IMG/VR virus record: IMGVR_UViG_3300006030_000030
Coordinates: 1-62,866 of that record
Source of the DNA: a virus
Lineage: Duplodnaviria > Caudoviricetes
Strand: one strand, 5' to 3'
DNA length: 62,866 nt
This document shows, piece by piece, positions 46,108-55,200 of the stretch. The translations under genes were made by a program, and so were the position numbers. Below the pieces are notes generated by a model, which was not told where the DNA came from, made no database searches, and worked only from the letters and a program-made list of their open reading frames with translations. The first letter of the stretch is position 1; each line of letters begins with the position of its first letter.

Positions 46108-46356
46108 ATGCAAATCAGATATACGACCTCAGTTTTCACGCCTGCTGGCTGGCGATCAGAAACAGTCACGGCTCAGGCCGAGGCGATCAGCCCGAAACGC
46201 CTGCGAGTTGTCAGTGTGCTAGACGTGGGGGGAAACGGCACGACCGGCTACGGGTCGCGCACGGGAGCAAAGAGGCAAACATACCACGTGGGCGGCATAG
46301 CTCTGCGCGAAGTCGGCGCAGTCAAGCTGCTGAACAAAGTGGAGGTGGTGCAATGA
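46108..46356 (+). CDS. Hypothetical putative early protein
   Basis: ATG 46108 after ATACAGGAGA leader. Confidence 0.65.
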   Translation: MQIRYTTSVFTPAGWRSETVTAQAEAISPKRLRVVSVLDVGGNGTTGYGSRTGAKRQTYHVGGIALREVGAVKLLNKVEVVQ

Positions 46357-46550
46357 TAAACGGCACCACGAAGCTGATCGTGTTAATCGACTCTGCTATA
46401 TGCGGAGGGGCCGATATTGAGCAGATGAGGCAGATTCTAGCGTCTGCCCGTAGCAAGTTGATATTGCTGAGTGCCGCGCAGGATGCCGCGCGCAATGGCG
46501 AGGGCGTGGAACTTTTGCGGGAAATACTAGACGAGGGGGCCGAACAATGA
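46353..46550 (+). CDS. Hypothetical protein
   Basis: GGAGG RBS, coupled. Confidence 0.6.
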   Translation: MINGTTKLIVLIDSAICGGADIEQMRQILASARSKLILLSAAQDAARNGEGVELLREILDEGAEQ

Positions 46551-46783
46551 AAATCAGTAAAAAAGCCGCTGTTTTTTTAGGCGAGGCCTTCGCAGCTGAG
46601 GTTCACCAGTACGTAGACTCAAGCATGCGCGGGACAATACTAATCTTGCGGGACAATATTGCTGACAGTTTGCACTATGAGAGCCGGCAAGCATTCCTTC
46701 AATCGTTCCGACAGACGCTGGACAAAATAGAGCCGATTGTTCTAATTCCGGCAAGGAATGCGTGCCATGCGTCGCGGCAGTAG
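46547..46783 (+). CDS. Hypothetical protein
   Basis: 78 aa, coupled. Confidence 0.6.
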   Translation: MKISKKAAVFLGEAFAAEVHQYVDSSMRGTILILRDNIADSLHYESRQAFLQSFRQTLDKIEPIVLIPARNACHASRQ

Positions 46784-46919
46784 GCGCCGGGGCCGCCGGC
46801 CGCGGGATGTGCCGCGGGAGATTCCACCAAAGTCGCCGGAGGAAATGGAAAATGAAAGCCGGAGGGAGGTTATTAGATTAATCCGGTTCTTATTCTTTGG
46901 ATTTTTATTTAAAGGGTAG
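46767..46919 (+). CDS. Possible 50-aa Arg-rich peptide with hydrophobic C-terminus
   Basis: Translated by hand: MRRGSRRRGRR..LIRFLFFGFLFKG; AAGGA upstream. Confidence 0.35.
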   Translation: MRRGSRRRGRRPRDVPREIPPKSPEEMENESRREVIRLIRFLFFGFLFKG

Positions 46920-46947
46920 TTGACACGGCCGCGCGAATGCGAATAAT
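46920..46947 (+). promoter_or_regulatory. Sigma70-type promoter
   Basis: TTGACA-16 bp-AATAAT; 27/31 identical to the promoter at 49473. Confidence 0.7.
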
Positions 46948-47008
46948 CGGCCATACCGGCATTTAATTCCCGCCACGCCGGGGCGGATCATACAGAGAGA
47001 AAATTACC

Positions 47009-47545
47009 ATGGGCTGGACATACCCCTACGAAACGACGACGAGAGAATCCCTTGTTTCCTACTTGCGCCGCCCGCAGCGATTCGGCGACACGGTCGAACT
47101 AGTGAAAGATTGCACGAAAGGCAATAGGCACTGGTACTTAGTGCGCGTGAAGGAAACAGGGTTGCACTTTATCGGCCTTGATTTAATGCAAGGCACGCGC
47201 GGCGAGTCATCATGGGGTTACAAGTGCATGGATGAATCCGCAGGGCCTTATTATTACGACGTGCCGATTACCTACCTTGACGCGCCGACAGATGAATCCG
47301 TAGGCAGTGCTGCAGAATGGCGCGCACGCGTGCGCCGCTACCATGCCGATCAGAAAGCAAGGGGGAGGCCAGAAGCCGGCGGAATTGTACTGTTTAACGA
47401 CGGCCGGGAGTTTACGCTGCAGTATCCAATCGGGCGCAAGGGCTGGTGCGCGACGGATGAACGGGGCGCGCAGTGGCGGATAACGCACGCGCAGATTAAA
47501 CGCAACGATTACGTCGCGCCGGGACAAGAGAGGGCCGCCGCATGA
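47009..47545 (+). CDS. DUF6927-like protein
   Basis: MGW start; WGYK.MDES.GPYY..P..L..A.EWRARVR. Confidence 0.7.
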   Translation: MGWTYPYETTTRESLVSYLRRPQRFGDTVELVKDCTKGNRHWYLVRVKETGLHFIGLDLMQGTRGESSWGYKCMDESAGPYYYDVPITYLDAPTDESVGSAAEWRARVRRYHADQKARGRPEAGGIVLFNDGREFTLQYPIGRKGWCATDERGAQWRITHAQIKRNDYVAPGQERAAA

Positions 47546-48165
47546 TCATTGCAACGGACAAAAAACAGCGCGCCGGCGTGCATGTTTCCACCATGACTGG
47601 CAAGCTTGCCGGTATTCAGGCGATTAACACTAACACGTTGACCAATGAATTCTGCGGCGCCATGCGCGAGACTGACGCTATATGCGGCGACTGTTATTCC
47701 GCCGCTATGCTTTCCGGCAGCCGGAAAAATTGCGTGCCGGCTTTCGAGCATAACAGCGCGCTTTTGTCGTCGCGCATGTTGCGGCCGGGAGAATTGCCGG
47801 CAATCAATGCGGCGATTTCCCGGTTTCACGGGCACGGCGAGTTGATCAATGGTTTGCACTTGCGCAATTTGTACGCGATAGCGGGTAAAAATCCGGCGAC
47901 TATTTTTGCACTATGGACAAAGCGCCGGGACATCATCCGCAAGGGCGGCGCGCGCCCGGATAACGTCGTGCTGATCTACAGTAACCCATCATTAGACCGC
48001 GTTATGCAACGGCCGCCGGCCGGCTTTGATCGCGTCTTCAATAACGTGCCGGCCGCGTACACCGGCCCGGCGAATTGCGACGGCCAAAAATGCATCGATT
48101 GCCGGGCGTGCTATCAGCACGGCGGCGAGACTGTCATTATTGAGCATGCAAAGGTGCGGAACTAG
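47542..48165 (+). CDS. Cys-cluster (GP88-like, putative Fe-S) protein
   Basis: C..ICGDCY, RFHGHGE, FALWTKR, C-terminal C..CIDCRACY. Confidence 0.6.
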   Translation: MIIATDKKQRAGVHVSTMTGKLAGIQAINTNTLTNEFCGAMRETDAICGDCYSAAMLSGSRKNCVPAFEHNSALLSSRMLRPGELPAINAAISRFHGHGELINGLHLRNLYAIAGKNPATIFALWTKRRDIIRKGGARPDNVVLIYSNPSLDRVMQRPPAGFDRVFNNVPAAYTGPANCDGQKCIDCRACYQHGGETVIIEHAKVRN

Positions 48166-48188
48166 GGGCGCGCCCCTTGCCTGAACCC

Positions 48189-48216
48189 ACGGCCGCCATG
48201 CGCGGCCGTTTTTTTT
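48189..48216 (+). terminator. Rho-independent terminator
   Basis: ACGGCCGC-CATGC-GCGGCCGT followed by a T run. Confidence 0.85.
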
Positions 48217-48226
48217 GCGAGAATGC

Positions 48227-48254
48227 TTGCACTAATTTTCTTCCCGGTTATAGT
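48227..48254 (+). promoter_or_regulatory. Sigma70-type promoter
   Basis: TTGCAC-16 bp-TATAGT just after the terminator. Confidence 0.6.
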
Positions 48255-48318
48255 TGCGGCTCCGGTTCTAATTTTCCGGCCGGTTACCGGGCCCGGTCAC
48301 AATACAGTGAGAGCACAG

Positions 48319-49413
48319 ATGAGCACACTAATGGATGCAAACAAGCAATGGTCCAGCCGCCCCGCCGAAGAGCGCTTTTTGTCGCTGCCCGACATGCAGC
48401 GCATGTTGCAGCTGTCCCGCGATAATAGCCGGTCCGGCGTTGTACCGTCGCGCCGGCTGGAAGTTATCCCGGCGGCCGACAATCGCGGCTTAGTTGTCAC
48501 CGGCCCGAACGGGCACGGCTACGCCCCGACACACTATGCGTTCGGTCAGCTGGCCAGCCTAGTAGGCGCCCCGGCCGGCTATCTGCGGGAATTGCCGGCC
48601 CCCATGGCGGCCGATTGTCTTAACTACGGTTTGCAATATAGCCGGGAAATTGAAGATGTCGGCGTGCTGATCTCCCGGGCACCGGGCGCGCCGGAGGGCA
48701 CTCTTCGGGCCGCCACCGGGCCGCGTTATGGCCGCGTGTGGAACAGCGACGTCGTGCGCGCGCTCATGGATAAATTCGGCGACGGCCGGAATGGCGATTT
48801 CCGCGTGCCGGGGGAATTCGGCCGCGCCGTGGATATCACGGAAAAGAACACTACTCTTTTCGCCAGCGACCGCGACATGTTCGTCTTCCTCGCCGATGAT
48901 GTGAATCGCATAGAGCTGCCGAACCGGCGCGACGGCCAGCCCGGCACGCTGGCGCGCGGCTTTTTCGTCAGTAACTCCGAGGTAGGCGCCGGCGCGCTCA
49001 AAGTCCGAACTTTCCTTTTTGATTATGCCTGCTCGAATCGTATCGTATGGGGCGCCGAACAGGTACAGGATATCAGTATCCGCCACACTGTAAGCGCTCC
49101 GGATCGTTTCATCGAGCAGGTCCAGCCGGCCCTTATCGCGTACGCCAACAGCGCGGCGGGCGGCATCGAGAGCGCTTTGAAAGAGGCGCAGAAAGCGCGC
49201 CTTGATAACGTGGACGATTGGCTGGCCAAGCGCTACGGGCCGAAACGCGCGGCAGCGTTTCAGCATGCGCACATGATGGAAGAGGGCCGCCCCATTGAGA
49301 CGATATGGGATGCAATGACAGGCATCACCGCGCACGCGAAGACAATCCCATACACGGCCGACAGGATAGAAGTAGAGGCCGAGGCGGGCGCCCTGCTAAA
49401 GTTTGTCGCCTGA
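48319..49413 (+). CDS. DUF932-family protein
   Basis: THYAFGQL..GAP..YL, GFFVSNSEVG, CSNRIVWG, IRHT. ATG 48319. Confidence 0.75.
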   Translation: MSTLMDANKQWSSRPAEERFLSLPDMQRMLQLSRDNSRSGVVPSRRLEVIPAADNRGLVVTGPNGHGYAPTHYAFGQLASLVGAPAGYLRELPAPMAADCLNYGLQYSREIEDVGVLISRAPGAPEGTLRAATGPRYGRVWNSDVVRALMDKFGDGRNGDFRVPGEFGRAVDITEKNTTLFASDRDMFVFLADDVNRIELPNRRDGQPGTLARGFFVSNSEVGAGALKVRTFLFDYACSNRIVWGAEQVQDISIRHTVSAPDRFIEQVQPALIAYANSAAGGIESALKEAQKARLDNVDDWLAKRYGPKRAAAFQHAHMMEEGRPIETIWDAMTGITAHAKTIPYTADRIEVEAEAGALLKFVA

Positions 49414-49431
49414 TTCCTTCCCTACTCTTTC

Positions 49432-49461
49432 AACGGCCGCCATTGTGCGGCCGTTTTTTTT
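49432..49461 (+). terminator. Rho-independent terminator
   Basis: AACGGCCGC-CATTGT-GCGGCCGTT followed by a T run. Confidence 0.85.
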
Positions 49462-49472
49462 GCTGCAGCGGG

Positions 49473-49500
49473 TTGACACGGCCGCCCGCGTGCGCATAAT
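49473..49500 (+). promoter_or_regulatory. Sigma70-type promoter
   Basis: TTGACA-16 bp-CATAAT. Confidence 0.7.
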
Positions 49501-49561
49501 CGCGGGACCTGCAACTAATTTTCCGGCCGGCAGGTGCTGGGCATACAGTGAGAACGTAACC

Positions 49562-49933
49562 ATGGGTGACCGAGTACTGATCCAATTTATCAACGGCCGC
49601 GACGCGCGCGAATTTTCTCCCGTCGCATATTTACACTGGCACGGCGAGGATGCGCCGGACCTGATCAAGGCATGTGCCGAGCTTATGCGCGGCCGCGACG
49701 GTGACGTGGGTTATTCTTTTGCCCGGTTTATCGGGATCTGTCACGAGACGGTCGGTGGCAATCTTTCCCTTGGTGCATGGAATGCAAAGGCCGTGCTGCA
49801 GCCAGATGAGTCACACGGTGACGCCGGGTGCTATGTGGTGGACGTGACGACGTGGGAGGTGCTGGCCTTTGGTGGGTACGGCACGCCATTCAACGCGCGC
49901 GAAGAGGAGGCGGAAAGACACGCGCATGGCTGA
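49562..49933 (+). CDS. Hypothetical putative early protein (MGDR..YLHWHG)
   Basis: ATG 49562 after the conserved ATACAGTGAGA leader. Confidence 0.7.
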   Translation: MGDRVLIQFINGRDAREFSPVAYLHWHGEDAPDLIKACAELMRGRDGDVGYSFARFIGICHETVGGNLSLGAWNAKAVLQPDESHGDAGCYVVDVTTWEVLAFGGYGTPFNAREEEAERHAHG

Positions 49934-49953
49934 CGCGCACGCGCGCCCCCTCG

Positions 49954-49978
49954 AGCCCGGCATCTGCCGGGCTTTTTT
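49954..49978 (+). terminator. Rho-independent terminator
   Basis: AGCCCGGC-ATCT-GCCGGGCT followed by a T run. Confidence 0.85.
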
Positions 49979-50183
49979 ATGCCCGGCCGCAAACCGGCCC
50001 GCGCGCCGCGCGCCCTGATCCAGTCAGCGCAAGGCGCGCCGCCATACTCCGGCCGGGCCGCTCCCGGTCCGTGGTCCGTCGGCCGCGCTCCGTGCTGGCC
50101 TGATCTAGCGCCGCGCGCCCTGATCCGGGCCCGGAATCGGGCCGCGTGAACGGTTTTATCTATCGCGCGCGCCTTGTTTTTCG

Positions 50184-50196
50184 TAACCCATTGATT
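50184..50196 (-). promoter_or_regulatory. IHF consensus site
   Basis: TAACCCATTGATT is the reverse complement of WATCAANNNNTTR. Confidence 0.55.
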
Positions 50197-50208
50197 TTAT
50201 TGGAGTCA

Positions 50209-50240
50209 CTATTTCCGGTAATTGCTATTACCGGAAATAG
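50209..50240. repeat. Perfect 14-bp inverted repeat
   Basis: CTATTTCCGGTAAT-TGCT-ATTACCGGAAATAG. Confidence 0.9.
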
Positions 50241-50567
50241 CGCCCCGGGCCGCGTGCCGCCGGCACGGGTCCCTTGCCGGCCGATCCGCCCGCCTCGGGC
50301 CCCGGTCCAGAGCCGATCCGGCAAAAGCCCCCGGCCTAGCGCAGCGGTGGCTTAAGCCCGATTTTGTACATACATGGATTAGTAAAACGCTTTTTAGACC
50401 CCCTTTCCGTAAGCCCCCGGCCGCGCGCCAATAACCGTGCCAAGTCCGCCCGCTGTATAATGAATTCGTCAAACAGGAATATTCATATAACTTTTAGTTA
50501 TAAAAAGTTCTGAAGGGCTTATATCCCTTGGTTATAGGTCATATTCCAAACGGTTATATGCACCCGA

Positions 50568-50583
50568 TGTTCCACGTGGAACA
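50568..50583. promoter_or_regulatory. parS: Chromosomal-type parS site (ParB/Spo0J binding)
   Basis: TGTTCCACGTGGAACA, a perfect palindrome matching the bacterial parS consensus, intergenic. Confidence 0.75.
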
Positions 50584-50705
50584 TCCCGGCCTTTTTGCCC
50601 ATGGAAAAAGGGCCTGAAGAGGCCTTCTGGGAAAGGCCCCCCTTGGTTTGCAAAATCGAGGGGGCGGGGGTATATATAAAAATTCAAAACAGAAATGGAG
50701 AAATC

Positions 50706-52178
50706 ATGGGTAACGCAGGAAGGCCGCAGTTTGACATTGAGTCGCATCGCAAGAAGCTGCAGCTTCGGATGTTGCAGCTTGAGGCGCAGGACAAGGCGAG
50801 GGACACCTTCTTGTCTTTTTGTCAGTACGTCTGGCCGGAGATGCTGGTCGGGGAGCACCACAGGCTCATTGCCGAGAAGCTTGATCGGGTGGTCGAGGGC
50901 AAGTGCAAGCGGCTGATGATTGCCATGCCCCCTCGTCACGGAAAGAGCCAGATGGGCAGTTACCTGTTTCCGGCGTACCTGATGGGCCGCTTGCCGCGGT
51001 CCAAGCTCATTGTGGGGTCGCACACGGCAGAGCTGGCGCAGCGCTTTGGCAGGATGATTCGAAACCTTGTGTCCGAGGAGCGTTATCGGGATATCTTTCC
51101 TGAGTTGAAGTTGTCTGCGGACTCCAAGGCCGCGGGCCGTTGGGATACCAGCGCCGGGGGCGAAGCGTTTTTCATTGGCAAAGGCGGTGCGATGACGGGC
51201 CGTGGCGGGGACATCGTAATTCTGGATGACATCTTGGATGAGCAGGATGCGATGTCGGACACGGCGATGGACAACACGTTTGAGTGGTACACCTCTGGCC
51301 CGCGTCAGCGTCTGCAGCCTAACGGGGCGATTATTGTGATCAACACCCGCTGGCGCACGGATGACCTGACGGGTCGTTTGCTCAAGATGCAGGGGCAGCC
51401 CAGATCGGACCAGTGGGAGGTGTTGGAGTTCCCGGCAATCATGCCGTCGGGCAAGCCCCTGTGGCCGGGGTACTGGAAGCTGGAGGAGCTGGAGAAGGTT
51501 CGCACGGCGATTGGCGTGCGCAAGTGGAACGCGCAGTGGCAGCAGACGCCCACGGCAGAGGACGGGGCGATCCTCAAGCGTGAGTGGTGGCGACGTTGGG
51601 AGCATGATGAACCGCCGCCCGTGCATTACATTATTCAGTCGTATGACACGGCGTATTCGAAGAAGGAGACGGCAGACTACTCTGTGATCACGACGTGGGG
51701 AGTGTTCTATCCGGACGCGGACTCGGGGCCGAACTTGATTCTTTTGGCCGTGTGCCGCGGTCGGTGGGACTTTCCTGAGTTGAAGCGTGTTGCGAAGGAC
51801 GAGTACAAGTACTGGAACCCTGACAATGTGTTGATTGAGGCCAAGGCCACGGGCACCGTGCTGCAGCAGGAGCTGCGTCGGATGGGGATTCCTGTGACGA
51901 TGTACAGTCCCGGGGGGCGCAGGGCGGGGCAGGACAAGGTATCGCGGGCCAATGCGGTAGCGACGATGTTCGAGGCGGGGATGGTCTGGGCGCCACGCAC
52001 GGAGTGGGCGGACGAGTTGATTGAGGAGTGTGCGGCGTTCCCCAGTGGCGACAATGATGACCAAGTGGACTCCACGACGCAGGCGTTGATGCGTTTCCGG
52101 GCGGGGAACTTCATTGCTTTGGAAACGGACGAGGGGGATAAGCCCGGTGACCCTTCTGTTGTGAAGGAGTATTATTGA
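50706..52178 (+). CDS. terL: Terminase large subunit
   Basis: Walker A MPPRHGKS, Walker B IILDD-like IVILDD, NTRW, nuclease SYDTA and DDQVDS. ATG 50706 after GGAG. Confidence 0.93.
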   Translation: MGNAGRPQFDIESHRKKLQLRMLQLEAQDKARDTFLSFCQYVWPEMLVGEHHRLIAEKLDRVVEGKCKRLMIAMPPRHGKSQMGSYLFPAYLMGRLPRSKLIVGSHTAELAQRFGRMIRNLVSEERYRDIFPELKLSADSKAAGRWDTSAGGEAFFIGKGGAMTGRGGDIVILDDILDEQDAMSDTAMDNTFEWYTSGPRQRLQPNGAIIVINTRWRTDDLTGRLLKMQGQPRSDQWEVLEFPAIMPSGKPLWPGYWKLEELEKVRTAIGVRKWNAQWQQTPTAEDGAILKREWWRRWEHDEPPPVHYIIQSYDTAYSKKETADYSVITTWGVFYPDADSGPNLILLAVCRGRWDFPELKRVAKDEYKYWNPDNVLIEAKATGTVLQQELRRMGIPVTMYSPGGRRAGQDKVSRANAVATMFEAGMVWAPRTEWADELIEECAAFPSGDNDDQVDSTTQALMRFRAGNFIALETDEGDKPGDPSVVKEYY

Positions 52179-52224
52179 GGGATAGAATGGGGCACTGACT
52201 TTTTTGGAGGGTGGCGCTGTGGCG

Positions 52225-55200
52225 ATGAATGCACGACAAATGCTGGCGGGGCTGCCTGTTCAAATGGCCGAGGGCGGCGAGACGTGGTCTCCGGGCGATT
52301 CCCTTGGCCGGCGTCGTGCTATTGAGAGTGGTAATGAGGCGGGCTGGTTGCAGGCGGTAGCGGACTCTGCTCAACGCTGGATGTCTAATCCGGGCACTGC
52401 GGCTGAAGCCTACGATGCCATGGTACAGTCCGGCATTGGCATCAAGGACCTTCTGGATGCGGGGGTGTCGCAGGCAACCATCGATCAGGCCCTGTCTATT
52501 CCTACCAGTGAAGCACAGAAGCAGGTCAACAGGCTGACCGCCACCAGCCTGACCAACACCTTGGCACAGAACCCGAACATTGCAGGGGAGCTTGCCGCCC
52601 GCGGGGCGCAGGACGTGTACGCGCAATCCCGTCAGTTTGTAGAGAACCTGCAGAAGGACGGCCTGACGGACGACGAGCGGCGCTACTTGCAGCAGGTCGC
52701 GGCACAGCAGGGCTGGGGGTTTTCTGACATTCGCGCTGCAGGCGTGGACCCCAGTATCCTGTTCAAGTCTTTTGAGGCCCCTGCTCCGGTGACTCCTGCT
52801 CCGGTGACTCCTGCCCCTGTCTTCCCTCAGCCCGACCCCTACACCCCGGTGACGGTGTACGACCCCAACCAGTTCATTCGCGAGAACGCAGGGGCGGACT
52901 TGTACGCGAAGGGCCAGCCTGCTTTGGACACGGCGTTTCGAGAAAGCCCTGTTCGTACAGTCAGTCCGGTGACGGGGCAGTACGTGTACACCCCGGCGGC
53001 TTCTCTGCGCCCTGCCACTGGTTCGGGGTTCAGTTTTACGCCGCCTGTGGTGACCAGCCGTCCGCGTCAGCTGCTGGACGTGGCACCGACTGCCTCTGCT
53101 TCGCAGCTGTACGCACAGTCGCGTCAGGAACAGGACCGCGCGCTGCGAAACGCCTTCACTGCAGCCCAGATACCTCTGGGCGGTCAGGACGTTTACAGTT
53201 GGCAGTCCCGTCTTCGCAGCGGAGACTACATTTCCCCGACCGGAGCGTTTGACACCACCCGATTCAATCAGGACTTCCAGTCATGGGCCGCGGGCCGCGG
53301 CTCGGGAACCTCTGGCACTTCTGGCCAGCCGGACGCAGTAGCGTATGACGCCATGGGAAACCCGATACAGCCTGTAGATCCCATGCAGCTGCAGCCCAAG
53401 ATGTTCTTGGGTTTCGCTGACGGCGGGGACGTGAGAGCGCGGGAGTTGCTTGATCGCTTAAAAAAGCCTGAAGGCGCCGAGGAGCAGGTCCTTGGCGCCG
53501 AGGACACTTACGCTCAAGCGCCGGGAACCTTGGACTTTGTTTCGGAAAAGGTGGGCCGCGGCGCGCGGGCTTTGCGAGACGTTGTGGTGAACTTTACCCC
53601 CCTGTCGAAGATGGAAGAGGACGCGACGCGGATATCGCTCGAGCACTTCCCGGACAGCAGGCAGTACGGCGGGGAATCGGACGCACTGAGGCACATGCTG
53701 TTTCAAGCGCAGGCTGTTCAGCGCTTTGGGCAGCCGGCCGCCAAGGCACTGAGTCTGATCAACGAGTATGGGCTGGCTATTCTGGAGTCGCAGCCGAAAG
53801 AGCATCTGCGCATGGATTTGGAAAACGATGCTCTTGGTAGAGAAATTGGTCTTTCCGACCTGAGTGAAGAAGAGAAGCTTCAGGCTATTCTGGATCTCAT
53901 CGGGTCTGGAAAGGCGGTTGTGCTCAACCCTCAGAGGAAGGAGTTTGCCAAAGGCGGAGAGGCCTCTGCCTCTCCCACTCCCGAAGAACTCTTGGCCCAG
54001 ATAGACCGCAGCATGGCCAACTCCCCGGCCTCGGCTCAAGGCACCGCCAGCAGTGTGCAGCCAGACTCCGTGGAACAGGACAGCCGCAGCATGCTTCGCC
54101 GCATCAGTGATGCGTTCGGGCAGAACGTGACGGCTCCCGTGGTGGGATCGATGTTGGACATGACCGCGGGGGTCGGCGACCTTGCTCAGATGGGCATAAA
54201 AGCCGGAGCGAATAAGCTTGGCATTGAGACCCAGCCGTTCACCCCGGTCTCCTCTGCTATTCAGGAATCCCTTGGCGTGGCAGGGTATGACCCGTACTCC
54301 CCGGCAGCCATTGCGACCGCCATTGGCCTTCCGGCGGCAGCGTCGCTGCGCGCAGCAGGGGCCGCGGCCCGCGCTTCACGGCCCATGGTGTCCGAGATGG
54401 CGGCCTCAGGTGGCCGGCGTCGCCCGGCCCCGGGCAGTGCTGAGGAGATCTTGATGCGCCTTGCCCCTATCGTGGACAAGGAAGCCTCAATCTATGCCAG
54501 CTCGGAGCTTGCGGCCATGGGGGCACGGGAAGTGGCGCCCGATAACATGACCGCGGAGATAGCCGCGGCGGTTGCCGGCGGCGGGGCGTACAACACGCTG
54601 GACAACATCTTGAGCAGTTCTTCGCGGTCCGCGGACATGGGCCCGGCCAACACTGCGCGCTCTCAGATGGCGCAGATCTACCAACATATCCCCACGCCGG
54701 AGCGTCCGTTTGTCGGGCGGCTGGATTCCTTCATTGCCAATGACTTGAACGTCGGCCGCATCAGCCGGGACGAGTTGCTGGCGCGCATGCGGGGCAAGTT
54801 CCGTGGCCCGGAGCTATTGCGGGTGGAGCGTGCGTTTGAGGGGGTGGATCCCAAGGCGAAGCTGACCCCGAACGAGGTGTTGGAAAAACTGCAGGCGTCT
54901 TATGATCCGTCGGACCTTGAGCTGGTCACCATCCGAGGGGATGTTCCCTACAAGAGCATGGACAACCCGTGGTTTGGCGACGAGCAGTCTCTTGGTACTC
55001 AGCGGGAGCAGCTCACGGGGGTGGGGGAAGACATGCAAGGGACCATCGTGCTTCGCCGTGCGGGGCAGCCGAGTCAAAGCACCGTTGACCCCGAGATGGT
55101 TTCTGCTGCAGAGAACACCTATCGTGAGCTGGACCGAACAGGCCCCATGACAGCCGATTCCCCGTTTGTAAGGGGGATGATTCGGCCGCTGTCATACGAA

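Noticed and set aside
50595-50705. Upstream extensions given by the ORF track (terL, also 10843, 14697, 48223, 49403, 59967)
   Set aside because: Downstream ATGs have better RBS or coupling, and the extensions run through upstream genes or regulatory sequence.
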